A stretch of DNA of 64,000 nt from a bacterium (GTDB lineage: Bacteria; Zhuqueibacterota; Zhuqueibacteria; Residuimicrobiales; Krinioviventaceae). This document shows, one piece after another, positions 1-9,806 of the stretch. A program made the translations under genes and the position numbers. Location of the stretch: the NCBI GenBank assembly GCA_963693055.1, contig OY843751.1, positions 3,264,001 to 3,328,000 on the forward strand. Direction: 5' to 3'. The notes beneath the pieces were generated by a model. The model saw only the letters and a program-made list of their open reading frames with translations. It was not told the origin of the DNA and did not search any database. Positions within the stretch are counted from its first letter, which is position 1, and the number at the start of each line of letters is the position of its first letter.

Positions 1-1923
1 ACTTGATGGAAAAACTGTATTATTTTTAATGATATTTACATTATTTTTATTTCTTAAAAATAACTCGTTACAATCCACAATTAAATTATTCTTGACAATA
101 TTTCGATCGTGGTTTGATCTCAAATCACGTAAAACCGGATATTTTTCCTGATACAAAGAAGATCGTATATCAACATCCTGATAAAGCTTGTTTTTTACTA
201 CATCCTTTTCCAGAAATTCAAGCCAGCGTTTTTCTCCCCATGCAGAAAAACTGACAGCAGCATGACATTGATAGAAAAGGTTATTTTCTACGACATTCTC
301 TTTGCCGCCATGTATCTGAACAGCACCAAAAATAACACTGCCACATCGTTCAAAAACATTTCCAAAAATTTGCACTCCAGAAATCATATCATCAAGGCGA
401 ACACCTGCCGCACCATTATGGCCTGTTTTTCCTGCCATATCAGACCACTGATTATATCTGATTACAACTCCCTGGTATGATGGATTAAACCACATATCCA
501 ATCCACCCTGATCGTCTGATTCAGTAACGACATGACTGATTTGGTTATACTCAACAATATAATCATTGCCCTCAAGGCGCATGGCGGATGAGGAAGAATA
601 TCTAAAACGATTATGAGCAATATAATGACCGCATCCCTCGGTATGAATTGCAGGTTGATAAGTACGATTGAGCAGAGAAAAATGTTCAACAATCGTTTCA
701 GTCACAGAATGCCCGGAAGGAGTTAATGTTTTTCGATCTCCCCCTTCAAGATAGATTCCCATGCCACCCAAATGATGAATATAACATCCAGAAATATGAT
801 GTTTAAGACCATTTTCAACACGAATTGCATTTACTCCCAAACGCTCAATTCTGCAATCTTTGACAGAACAATTCTTCCCTTCTTTTATTAATATTCCACT
901 TCCGCGGCTTTCACGAAAAGTTAATCCTTCGAGGATAATATTTTCGCAATTGTCCATTTCCACAATATAGGGTGCATTGAATTCTGTTAAAGTCACAGTT
1001 GCAGAATTGGGTTCAATATCTTTTTGCGGATACCAAAACAACAATCCGCTGTCTTTATCCAAATACCATTCGGTTACAGAATCAATTTCACACAGCATGT
1101 TGTAGCCATAGTAACGTAAACTGTCACGATATCCATAATGATGGTATGGTTGTGATAAAGTCAAAATATTATCAGCGATATTAATATTCTCAACTTTTTG
1201 GTGCTCGTCTTTCCAATCCCAATACCAGTAACCATGCAGCCAGGCATCTTTTTCGTTAATCCACCGGTCCTGATACTCGTTCAGATATTCAAAAACACCT
1301 TGTTCAGTTCCATGTTTTTTGGTATATCTGGGTGGGATTTCGGTGTCACCCAAAGTCAATCCTGCATGTACAAAACCAGAATTGGGCCAACGGGCAAGTG
1401 TTTGCAATTGACCATTACAAATTAAAGAAGGCCGATTATTGGGATTAGTTAAATCGCCATAATCCTGAATTCCATTAGCTTTTAAATCTGCAACATAAAC
1501 AAGGGGTCTTACAAAAGCAGGTAACCGGTGGGTTAAAGTATTATCCTCTATCTTTTTCCAGTGCTTGATTTCTTTACTCCCCGTAAAAATGGGCGCAGCA
1601 TCTTGAAATGCCTTATAGATTACCGGTGCGGATTGGGTACCAGAATCTTTAGTAGAAAAAAGTATGGGGGAATTTAAAAAATAGTTACCTTGCTTGATAA
1701 AAACTGTTACAGCCCCATCAGAATCAGCAATGGATTGTCTGGCTACTTTTTGAGCATGTTCAATTGTAGCAAACGGATGTTCAAAAGAACCGTCATCATT
1801 ATCATTACCATAGGTTGAAACATAAAACGAGTTTTCAGCATACAATAATGCTACGGGTAATAACAAAACTAAAAGATACAATACTAATCTTGAAACTTTA
1901 CGGTATTCTAACAGTAATTTCAT
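1..1923 (-). CDS. Secreted right-handed parallel beta-helix protein (GH141-like/DUF1565 N-terminus), truncated by window edge
   Basis: Not in the ORF track. ATG at 1923 reads MKLLLEYRKVSRLVLYLLVLLLPVALLYA (signal peptide), then YVSTYGNDNDDGSFEHPFATI, LARWPN, WLHGYWYWDW, ESDDQGG and GVRLDDMISG. Frame was open in every stretch checked, down to position 1. Confidence 0.85.
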   Translation of the reverse strand, partial: MKLLLEYRKVSRLVLYLLVLLLPVALLYAENSFYVSTYGNDNDDGSFEHPFATIEHAQKVARQSIADSDGAVTVFIKQGNYFLNSPILFSTKDSGTQSAPVIYKAFQDAAPIFTGSKEIKHWKKIEDNTLTHRLPAFVRPLVYVADLKANGIQDYGDLTNPNNRPSLICNGQLQTLARWPNSGFVHAGLTLGDTEIPPRYTKKHGTEQGVFEYLNEYQDRWINEKDAWLHGYWYWDWKDEHQKVENINIADNILTLSQPYHHYGYRDSLRYYGYNMLCEIDSVTEWYLDKDSGLLFWYPQKDIEPNSATVTLTEFNAPYIVEMDNCENIILEGLTFRESRGSGILIKEGKNCSVKDCRIERLGVNAIRVENGLKHHISGCYIHHLGGMGIYLEGGDRKTLTPSGHSVTETIVEHFSLLNRTYQPAIHTEGCGHYIAHNRFRYSSSSAMRLEGNDYIVEYNQISHVVTESDDQGGLDMWFNPSYQGVVIRYNQWSDMAGKTGHNGAAGVRLDDMISGVQIFGNVFERCGSVIFGAVQIHGGKENVVENNLFYQCHAAVSFSAWGEKRWLEFLEKDVVKNKLYQDVDIRSSLYQEKYPVLRDLRSNHDRNIVKNNLIVDCNELFLRNKNNVNIIKNNTVFPSS

Positions 1924-2059
1924 CTTTAGCACCTGAAAAGAATTAATAATATTTTTAGAATTTAACATAATAAATAGAAGGGGAACACGCAACCAGAAAA
2001 TTGAAAGGATTATAAAACAGCCCAATAAAGACTTTGAACAGAAAATAATCAAAATATCA

Positions 2060-2086
2060 ATGCTCCCACCCACCCGATGGGAGCAT
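2060..2086 (-). terminator. Hairpin after TPR gene, possible terminator
   Basis: ATGCTCCCA...TGGGAGCAT 9-bp inverted repeat just downstream of the stop at 2100; weak U-tract. Confidence 0.45.
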
Positions 2087-2099
2087 GTATACATACTAT

Positions 2100-3545
2100 C
2101 TAGAGTGTAGCTAAAGCAGTAAGTTGAGTTTTAGCCGCTTTTTTATAAAGAACAGAGTAAAAATTCGATGATTTTTGATCAAGAATCTGCTGGTAACACT
2201 TTTGAGCGTGAGTAAAATTGTTCATTTTCTCTACTACTCTTGCTTTCCACATTACAATTTCACAGCTTTGTTCGGCTTGCTCAAAAAGTTCAAGTGCTTT
2301 TGAATATTCATGGTTATGAAAGGCAAGCATACCTCTTAACAACTCGCATGCAGAAAACAGATTTGAATTACTAGTCTGCAATTCGTTGTAATCTTTTAAC
2401 AGAGATTCAACTTTTAGACCATCATCCTGTAACACTGCAATCTGAATTAAATTACAATAGTAATTTGCATACTGTCTGGTTTTGAATTGTTGATTCAAAT
2501 CAGAATTGTTAATAAATTCCATCCAGTCATTATATCCCTGAGCTGCCTTTTCATAATCCTGATGCAGGAAATAAAAATCCGCAATTTTATTATAAACTGT
2601 TGCAGTCATTACCTGGTTATCACGAAGTTTGCATTTATCCAGAAATGCGGATAAGACCAGTGAAGTATTTTCTTTATCACCCATCAATGTATAGCATGTG
2701 GCAATATTCCAATAACACTTCCATCCCAAAGTTTCTTTATCAAGAGATTTCATGATAAATTTAAAATGATCAATTGCTTTTTCTGGTTGATCATTGAACA
2801 AATGATTCTTGCCATAACAGCAATGAAAATTTAAATTATCAGGTTGCTCTTTTAACAGTTTCTCATAAATCGCTACTGATTGAGCATATTGACCAGTATT
2901 GAGATATGCTTGTCCTAGCATATGTTCAAGTGCTACATTGTCAGAGGATTCATTAAGAAACTTTTGAGCATAATCAATGACATGTTTAAAATCACCTTTT
3001 GAATAATAGCTGGATACCAGCCAGTATTTTAGTTCAAAATTGCTTTCTTGATCTGCGCAAGGCAAAAGCAAATCAATAGTCTGAGCGTATTGGTGTTTTG
3101 CGTATTTATTGAGAGCATTAACCAAAATACGTTCATTGTCATCAGGTAATTGATTTTTTAATTCAATATACAACTTTTGTTGAACGGCTAAATTGTTATT
3201 CCATACGGCTTGAACAAATGTTACATAATTTGATTCAATAGTGCCATCTGTTGAGGCATCAACAGCTTTTTGAATCGAATTATCACGTAACTGATCTCGG
3301 CCATTATAAAAATGCAAAACAGCCATGTGATAATTTGCAAAAACATCAAGGGGATGATTTGCAAGCATGCGTTTGGTTAATTTTTCAGCGGTAACAATGT
3401 CACCTTTTTGTAACGACTCTAAAACCATGTTTTTATCAGCATTAGAAGTTGTGGTTTGCCAAAGAGAGGATGCGCTAGAGAAAATCGGAGTCATAAACAC
3501 GGAAAAGAGGACGAGTACGAAAATCGTTTTAAGAAGAGTTTTCAT
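2100..3545 (-). CDS. Tetratricopeptide repeat protein with signal peptide
   Basis: Helical TPR-like repeats (e.g. LEHMLGQAYLNTGQYAQSVAIYEKLL). Probable start MKTLLK at 3545, followed by a hydrophobic signal; the track starts at 3578. Confidence 0.8.
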   Translation of the reverse strand: MKTLLKTIFVLVLFSVFMTPIFSSASSLWQTTTSNADKNMVLESLQKGDIVTAEKLTKRMLANHPLDVFANYHMAVLHFYNGRDQLRDNSIQKAVDASTDGTIESNYVTFVQAVWNNNLAVQQKLYIELKNQLPDDNERILVNALNKYAKHQYAQTIDLLLPCADQESNFELKYWLVSSYYSKGDFKHVIDYAQKFLNESSDNVALEHMLGQAYLNTGQYAQSVAIYEKLLKEQPDNLNFHCCYGKNHLFNDQPEKAIDHFKFIMKSLDKETLGWKCYWNIATCYTLMGDKENTSLVLSAFLDKCKLRDNQVMTATVYNKIADFYFLHQDYEKAAQGYNDWMEFINNSDLNQQFKTRQYANYYCNLIQIAVLQDDGLKVESLLKDYNELQTSNSNLFSACELLRGMLAFHNHEYSKALELFEQAEQSCEIVMWKARVVEKMNNFTHAQKCYQQILDQKSSNFYSVLYKKAAKTQLTALATL

Positions 3546-3808
3546 ATTCCAACCTACCTTTACTACTTGTCTTGACATTTTGTCAAGTAAAAAATGAATT
3601 TATTAGCAAAAAAAATGTATTTTGCTACACAATATTACGAAATTTAAACATTCAAGTCAATAGAAAAATTGAACAATCATTCATATTTTAAAACCCAATC
3701 CTGGATGGAATTTACATTAAAAAGTGGGGGTTAATAAAAATATCAATTGAGCCACAATAAACAATTCCCTATATTTAAAAAGAGTTTACAAAGAAAGGAC
3801 ATTAACAA

Positions 3809-4354
3809 ATGTTTGTTTATCTCGTTGCAATACCCGTCTTGATTGCGCTTTGGGGAATTACCATTTACAACCGACTTGTAAAAAATAGAAATCTCGCTGA
3901 AGAAGGTTGGAGCGGTATTGACGTACAGCTAAAAAGGCGAACTGATCTGTTACCCAATCTTTTAGAAACAGTCAAAGGCTATATGACTCATGAAAAAGAA
4001 TTGCTAAGCAAGGTAACTGAACTGCGCAGTCAAAGCATAAAAGAAGCTAATCCTGCTGAAAAAGGGAAATTGGAAAATGCACTTTCAAAATCTCTTGTAA
4101 ACCTGTTCGCTGTTGCAGAAAACTATCCGGATTTAAAGGCTAATCAGAATTTTCTGGACTTGCAAAACCAGCTATCTGAAATTGAGGATCAGATCCAATT
4201 GGCCCGCCGATATTATAATGGTACCGTTCGGAATTTAAACATTATGATAGAAACTTTTCCCAATAATATCATTGCCGGATATTTTAAATTTGAGAAAAAA
4301 GAATATTTTGAAATGGATGAATCCGAAGGCGCTGTACCCAAAGTATCCTTTTAA
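3809..4354 (+). CDS. lemA: LemA family protein
   Basis: N-terminal TM helix; WSGIDVQLKRRTDLLPNL, AVAENYPDLKANQNF and ARRYYN motifs. Confidence 0.95.
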   Translation: MFVYLVAIPVLIALWGITIYNRLVKNRNLAEEGWSGIDVQLKRRTDLLPNLLETVKGYMTHEKELLSKVTELRSQSIKEANPAEKGKLENALSKSLVNLFAVAENYPDLKANQNFLDLQNQLSEIEDQIQLARRYYNGTVRNLNIMIETFPNNIIAGYFKFEKKEYFEMDESEGAVPKVSF

Positions 4355-4368
4355 ACACGAGTCGTATT

Positions 4369-6276
4369 ATGAAAAAAATCTCACATATCATTTTATGGAT
4401 ACTGTGCATCCTCTCTCCTCTATTTGCCCGTTCAGAGCTGGAAAGAATCATCAGCTTTGATAGTGAAATCCAAATTCAGTCTGATGGATCCATGACTATA
4501 ACAGAAACGATCAAAGTTTACAGCAATGGAAATCAGATTAAACGAGGCATTTACCGAACATTTTTAACAAAATATAAAGATCGAATAGGCAACACGGTTC
4601 GTATTACTTTTGACATACTTGATGTTATGAAGAATGGACAAACAGAACCCTATCATACCGAAAAAATGTCAGACGGAATTAAGATATATTTTGGCAGCAG
4701 CGATGTCTTTCTTGAACCGGGTGAATATACTTATACACTGGTTTATAAAACCCAAAATCAGCTTGGCTTTTTTAAAGACTATGATGAACTCTATTGGAAT
4801 GTTACCGGTAATGATTGGGGGTTCATGATAGAAAACGCAAATGCCACCATTCACCTTCCCCCAAGAGCAGATATAATTCAAAGTGCAGCTTATACTGGCG
4901 CATATGGCTCAACTGAACAAAGCTTTAAAAGTAAAATCAACACTGATGGCAGCATTAGTTTTACTACTACCCAATACCTGAGTCCCTGGGAAGGGCTTAC
5001 TATTGCTGTTGGTTTTACCAAAGGGATTATTCCCGAGCCAACAATGATGGACAAAGGGCGATTGATTGTTCGCAACAATCCTACAACTCTTGTTGCATTA
5101 GCAGGATTTATTTTACTTTTGATCTATTATTCACTAGCCTGGACAATGGTAGGTAAAGATCCTGAAAAAGAGACAATCATACCACAATTTGTACCCCCGG
5201 ATGGATATTCACCAGCCGCCACTCGATTTGTATCAAAAATGGGCTATAGTGACAAAGTGTTTGCAGCAGCAATTGTCAACATGGCTGTCAAGGGTTATAT
5301 CACTATCAAAGAAAACAAGAAAAAATTCACTCTGGTAAAGACCGGTACAAACGAGTCCAAACTGGAAGCTGGAGAAAAACAGATTGCTAAAAAATTGTTT
5401 TCTTCTTCCAATTCCATTGTTTTAACCCAAAGCAACCATGCACGCATACAATCAGCAATCAAGGCACTTAAAACTAGCTTGAAACTGAATTTTGAAACAT
5501 TAAACTTTAAGACTAACAGCAGGTTCATTACACCTGGTATCATCATAACAATCATTACCTTTGCGTTAATTATTCTAACCGCAGCTGACAAAGCAGTGGC
5601 TGCATTTATGGCATTGTGGTTGTCAGGTTGGACGGCAGGCACATTTTTTCTCATGTCAGGAGTCGTGAAAAGCTGGTATGCGTTGCTGACCGGCAAAACC
5701 AGGGACATCAAGGAAAAAGCAGGTATTCTTGGAATTACCTTGTTTGCGTTGCCATTTTTTATAGGCGAATTGGTAGGGCTGTGTGTTTTCACTTACGCAA
5801 CTTCACCCGGTGCCGCATTGTTTCTACTATTGATCGTGATAGCTCATGTGGTTTTTAAAGACCTTTTGAAAGCACCAACAATTTTGGGTAGACAGGTCAT
5901 GGACCATATTGAAGGGTTTAGAATGTATCTAAAAATTGCCGAAGAAGAACGCTTGCAGTTCATGTCCCCTCCCCAAACGCCTGAACAGTTTGAGAGATAT
6001 TTACCTTATGCCATAGCACTGGACGTTGAAACCGAATGGAGTAAAAAATTTGAACACAGTCTTTCACAATCCAGTCAATACAAGGATTATACTCCAACCT
6101 GGTATTCCGGATATCATTACAGTACCTCAAATATAACAACGCTTACGTCGACGCTGGGCTCTTCATTTTCATCAGCGATTACGTCCTCTTCAAGAGCGCC
6201 AAGTTCAAGCTCGGGAAGCAGCGGTGGCGGTTTCTCCGGAGGTGGCGGCGGAGGAGGCGGCGGTGGCGGCTGGTAA
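4369..6276 (+). CDS. DUF2207 predicted membrane protein
   Basis: ELYWNVTGNDW, multiple TM helices, YLPYAIAL and C-terminal GGGFSGGGGGGGGGGGW; typical lemA partner. Confidence 0.9.
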   Translation: MKKISHIILWILCILSPLFARSELERIISFDSEIQIQSDGSMTITETIKVYSNGNQIKRGIYRTFLTKYKDRIGNTVRITFDILDVMKNGQTEPYHTEKMSDGIKIYFGSSDVFLEPGEYTYTLVYKTQNQLGFFKDYDELYWNVTGNDWGFMIENANATIHLPPRADIIQSAAYTGAYGSTEQSFKSKINTDGSISFTTTQYLSPWEGLTIAVGFTKGIIPEPTMMDKGRLIVRNNPTTLVALAGFILLLIYYSLAWTMVGKDPEKETIIPQFVPPDGYSPAATRFVSKMGYSDKVFAAAIVNMAVKGYITIKENKKKFTLVKTGTNESKLEAGEKQIAKKLFSSSNSIVLTQSNHARIQSAIKALKTSLKLNFETLNFKTNSRFITPGIIITIITFALIILTAADKAVAAFMALWLSGWTAGTFFLMSGVVKSWYALLTGKTRDIKEKAGILGITLFALPFFIGELVGLCVFTYATSPGAALFLLLIVIAHVVFKDLLKAPTILGRQVMDHIEGFRMYLKIAEEERLQFMSPPQTPEQFERYLPYAIALDVETEWSKKFEHSLSQSSQYKDYTPTWYSGYHYSTSNITTLTSTLGSSFSSAITSSSRAPSSSSGSSGGGFSGGGGGGGGGGGW

Positions 6277-6284
6277 TGCCACAG

Positions 6285-9200
6285 CTATTTGATCAATAAA
6301 CATTTGCAGGTTTGGGTAAACGTACCGGCATTCAAGCGTATCCAATACAATCCGGATGAGTTTGAATGTGCATCCCATGTCAAAGTATGATATCCGGCCT
6401 GCATCTTGCCCTTCTCGTAATGCATCACCCTAACGCCTTGTATGTTATAAACGGATATGGTAACATTTGAGGATTTTGGAAGTGCATATTGAATGGTAGT
6501 AACGGGATTAAAAGGATTGGGATAATTCTGGTATAATTGAAAATCGTCAGGTATGGGATTTTCTGCACCATCAGCAACTGATGTTGGAAAGTTGGTTTTT
6601 ATAAAATTGGGGTAGGTGATGGAATCTTCTCCCCCCGGTCCTTTAACTGTCAGGCTTATATTAAAAGAATCAACACGATCATAAACATGTACCGGATGCT
6701 GCTGCTCACTAAATGTCCCGTCTCCAAAGTTCCAAAGCCAGTGTTCAATAATACCTTTAGAACTGTCAGTAAACATAACCATCAAAGGCACTGAACCGTG
6801 GGTTACATTGCTGCCAAAGTTTGCAACCGGTGGAGTATCCTGAACATGAATAACCTGCTCCTGTTTTAAAGTATCCACACCACCGGGTCCTGTAACAATC
6901 AGTGTAGCATCATAATCTCCAGATAATTCATACACATGTTCAGGGTTTTGAACGTCACTTGTGTCTCCATCCCCAAACATCCATTTCCAGTTTTCAATCT
7001 CACCTGTTGAGCTGTCAGAAAATTGGACTGTGAGTGGCACAAAACCATTGGCAGGCGTGAACCCAAAATTGGCTGCGGGTGGTGCAGACTGGACAGTTAT
7101 CAGGTTCGTCATTAATAAAGAGTCAGCACCAGACGCTCCCAATACCTTTAATGAAACATTATATTGACCCGGTAGAGTGTAAACATGAATGGGATTATTT
7201 TCATTGGATAGACTTCCATCCCCAAAGTCCCAGTTTATAGAATCAAACTCGCCAGTAGACTGGTTCGTAAACTGGACCAACAATGGCGCAATTCCCTGTC
7301 TGGGTTCAGCACTCAGGGCTGCAACCGGCCGGCTATCTCCCACTTTAATAAATTCCAATTTCACCATTTCATCAGCCGCAATTTTATTTTCAACACGCAA
7401 AGAAACTGTATATATGCCTGTCTGCTCATAGGTATGCACAGGATTATAAACGTTGCTTGTTGACCCATCACCAAAATCCCAAATTGAGCTGTTAACCGTT
7501 CCTGTTGACTGGTTTGTAAATTGCACTTTTAGTGGAGCATTACCGCTTTGCATGTCACTCGTAAATGATGCGGATATTTGTTTAATTCTCAAATCACAAG
7601 GCCGCCCCGCTTGATCAAACTTTATCCAAAGATAGCCATCAGCCGCTTGATAAAACCAACCGGATTCAGCATGTAAAAAATTATTATAGGTTGAGATCTG
7701 TGCTAGTTCGGTACCGTTTAACGTTATGGTATTCACATTCTCATCATATTTTATCCTAAAAAGCAGCTTTTCATTTCCAGCTCCTGTATAAATCTGTCTA
7801 CCAAATTCTTTTTTTACAGAAGTAATTGTAAATGATTCATCGGTATCATAATAGTTAAAGAAAGAAGAATCAGAAGGATAATGTATCAAGGTCAAATAAC
7901 CGGAAGAATATTCGCTGCCATGCCCTGTAACATCATCTACAACATTCATAGGAATGATTGCGCCTTCCCTTATATACACCGGGTATTGTTCATAAGGGAA
8001 ATCTTTATCAACCAGTCTTTCTCCCCCTCTATAGATTTTATTATCATCCCAAAAGTCAATCCAGTTTGATTCTGCTGGAAACTCGACAGTTCTTCGTTTG
8101 GAAGAAAACAATCCATATATTATAGATACAAACAATTCATTTCCCAGGGTATATTGTCTGTCACCAATGGATGGCCTTACAATACTGTTACCTGTTATAG
8201 CTCCATCAACTGCGTAAGAGTATATATACGGGACCAATTCACTGTGCAGTTTGGCAAAGTATCGATACACCTCCAGAGTGGGATCTTGAAACATCCAGGG
8301 GCGGTGCTCATCCTGACCGCCATTAATCATTAATGGACAAAGAGCTCCCAATTGCGCCCAACGAATAAACAATTTATAATTTACATCCGTTTCACCCATA
8401 TATCCGCCAATATCAGAACCAACAACATGATACCCACTGTCTGAAGACATGAATATATTATCAACTGCATTGGGCAGCCCCATATCGCTCCAGTCATGCA
8501 GTTGATCACCTACAAAAAAAGTGTGGGCATAATTGTGAGGGACAAAAATTGAATCGCTTTGCTGCTCATCCATAGATTTTGCATAGATCACAAAATCATT
8601 ATCTGTTTTTTCACGAGTATATTCATAAAAATCCATGTAATACAGTTGACTGTATTCTTTATATGTTATGGTATCATTAAAGCAGGACGCTCCATGTGGG
8701 AAAACACGATTCCCGGAATCTGTTTTCCAACCGTCAATGCCCATATCCATAACATTATCCAGTTGACCATGCCACCAATCAAGCGCATAAGGATTAGTAA
8801 AATCTATAAAGCTCCCTTTTCCTTTCCACCAGGTATAGCTTTCTCCTTCTGCCGTAAAAAAGTTATTTTCAAATGCATAATCATAATTCGTGGCTTTGCC
8901 CCAATAAGCAGCATCAACAGACTCTGTGTTGATGAGTGGCGTGATCCACATGATGACCTTGTATTGCTTATCATGCAGCTCATTGATCATCCCCTGGGGA
9001 TTTTCATAGCGGGTACTGTCAAATATCAATGTGTTATATGATGTTTCCCAGGGACTGTCAATAATGACCACACGCGCAGGTATATCATACGTTCTATAAC
9101 TATTGGCAATTGCAAGCGTACGCCGTTGTGTATTATCATTATCTTCCCACACCCAGGGTTCAAACGCCCATTTTGGTGGTAATGGCAAATTTTCACGCTC

Positions 9201-9506
9201 ATGAGCTTGTATTAATGCATTGCGGGTTATTACAACCGTATCTGCACCCATGACAGTCAAGGTAACAGTATAGTATCCGGGTTTGGTATATACATGTTTG
9301 GGGTTTTTCAAATGAGAAGTTACAGTACCATCACCAAAATCCCATTCATATTGCAAACTGTCATCAGCTTGAGCAGTGAATTGTACATTCAAAGGGATAA
9401 ATCCACTATTTGGGTTAGCAGTAAAATCTACCTGAGCAAAAAGAAGGTTAACGCTCATTAAAAGTAATATAAATATTCTGGTCTTCATCACGTATGCTGT
9501 TTTCAT
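6285..9506 (-). CDS. Secreted GH31 glycoside hydrolase (alpha-xylosidase/glucosidase-like) with 5 PKD domains and T9SS/FlgD-type C-terminal sorting domain
   Basis: LPPKWAF, IDSPWE, IDFTNP, DGWKTD (nucleophile region), GSDIGGY and RWAQLG; WDFGDG PKD repeats; QNYPNPFNP...GLYWIRL tail. Start 9506 or 9488; the track uses 9566. Confidence 0.88.
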   Translation of the reverse strand: MKTAYVMKTRIFILLLMSVNLLFAQVDFTANPNSGFIPLNVQFTAQADDSLQYEWDFGDGTVTSHLKNPKHVYTKPGYYTVTLTVMGADTVVITRNALIQAHERENLPLPPKWAFEPWVWEDNDNTQRRTLAIANSYRTYDIPARVVIIDSPWETSYNTLIFDSTRYENPQGMINELHDKQYKVIMWITPLINTESVDAAYWGKATNYDYAFENNFFTAEGESYTWWKGKGSFIDFTNPYALDWWHGQLDNVMDMGIDGWKTDSGNRVFPHGASCFNDTITYKEYSQLYYMDFYEYTREKTDNDFVIYAKSMDEQQSDSIFVPHNYAHTFFVGDQLHDWSDMGLPNAVDNIFMSSDSGYHVVGSDIGGYMGETDVNYKLFIRWAQLGALCPLMINGGQDEHRPWMFQDPTLEVYRYFAKLHSELVPYIYSYAVDGAITGNSIVRPSIGDRQYTLGNELFVSIIYGLFSSKRRTVEFPAESNWIDFWDDNKIYRGGERLVDKDFPYEQYPVYIREGAIIPMNVVDDVTGHGSEYSSGYLTLIHYPSDSSFFNYYDTDESFTITSVKKEFGRQIYTGAGNEKLLFRIKYDENVNTITLNGTELAQISTYNNFLHAESGWFYQAADGYLWIKFDQAGRPCDLRIKQISASFTSDMQSGNAPLKVQFTNQSTGTVNSSIWDFGDGSTSNVYNPVHTYEQTGIYTVSLRVENKIAADEMVKLEFIKVGDSRPVAALSAEPRQGIAPLLVQFTNQSTGEFDSINWDFGDGSLSNENNPIHVYTLPGQYNVSLKVLGASGADSLLMTNLITVQSAPPAANFGFTPANGFVPLTVQFSDSSTGEIENWKWMFGDGDTSDVQNPEHVYELSGDYDATLIVTGPGGVDTLKQEQVIHVQDTPPVANFGSNVTHGSVPLMVMFTDSSKGIIEHWLWNFGDGTFSEQQHPVHVYDRVDSFNISLTVKGPGGEDSITYPNFIKTNFPTSVADGAENPIPDDFQLYQNYPNPFNPVTTIQYALPKSSNVTISVYNIQGVRVMHYEKGKMQAGYHTLTWDAHSNSSGLYWIRLNAGTFTQTCKCLLIK

Positions 9507-9806
9507 TTTCAGTACCGGTAATTTTTCAAAACAATTTATCAATTTTAAAGCAGTATTACAAAACAATTGACAATAATTATACTTAATAGTTGCTCACCAC
9601 TGATTTTGCAGAACAAATTATGGATTCAAGATAAAGCTCGAAAACTATTATCACTATAAATACGAAATCTTTATATGTGATTAAAACATCAAACAGGATA
9701 ATAAAACAATTATTCAAAAAAACAATTGAATTTAATCATTCCATTATGTAACGTATAATATCATAAATGTGGGGAAAAATGTTACAACCGAATTTAGAGG
9801 TGTAAT

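Noticed and set aside
262-1425. Four short track ORFs
   Set aside because: Shadows of the long minus-strand beta-helix gene 1..1923.
3603-3628. TTAGCAAAA-N8-TTTTGCTAC resembling CIRCE
   Set aside because: Inner bases and spacer do not match TTAGCACTC-N9-GAGTGCTAA, and no chaperone gene is adjacent.
6220-6273. GGC/GGT-rich low-complexity repeat
   Set aside because: Encodes the normal poly-Gly tail of DUF2207 proteins.
6600-7560. Recurring sequence similarity at about 250-bp period
   Set aside because: Explained by coding PKD domain repeats, not a CRISPR or DNA repeat array.
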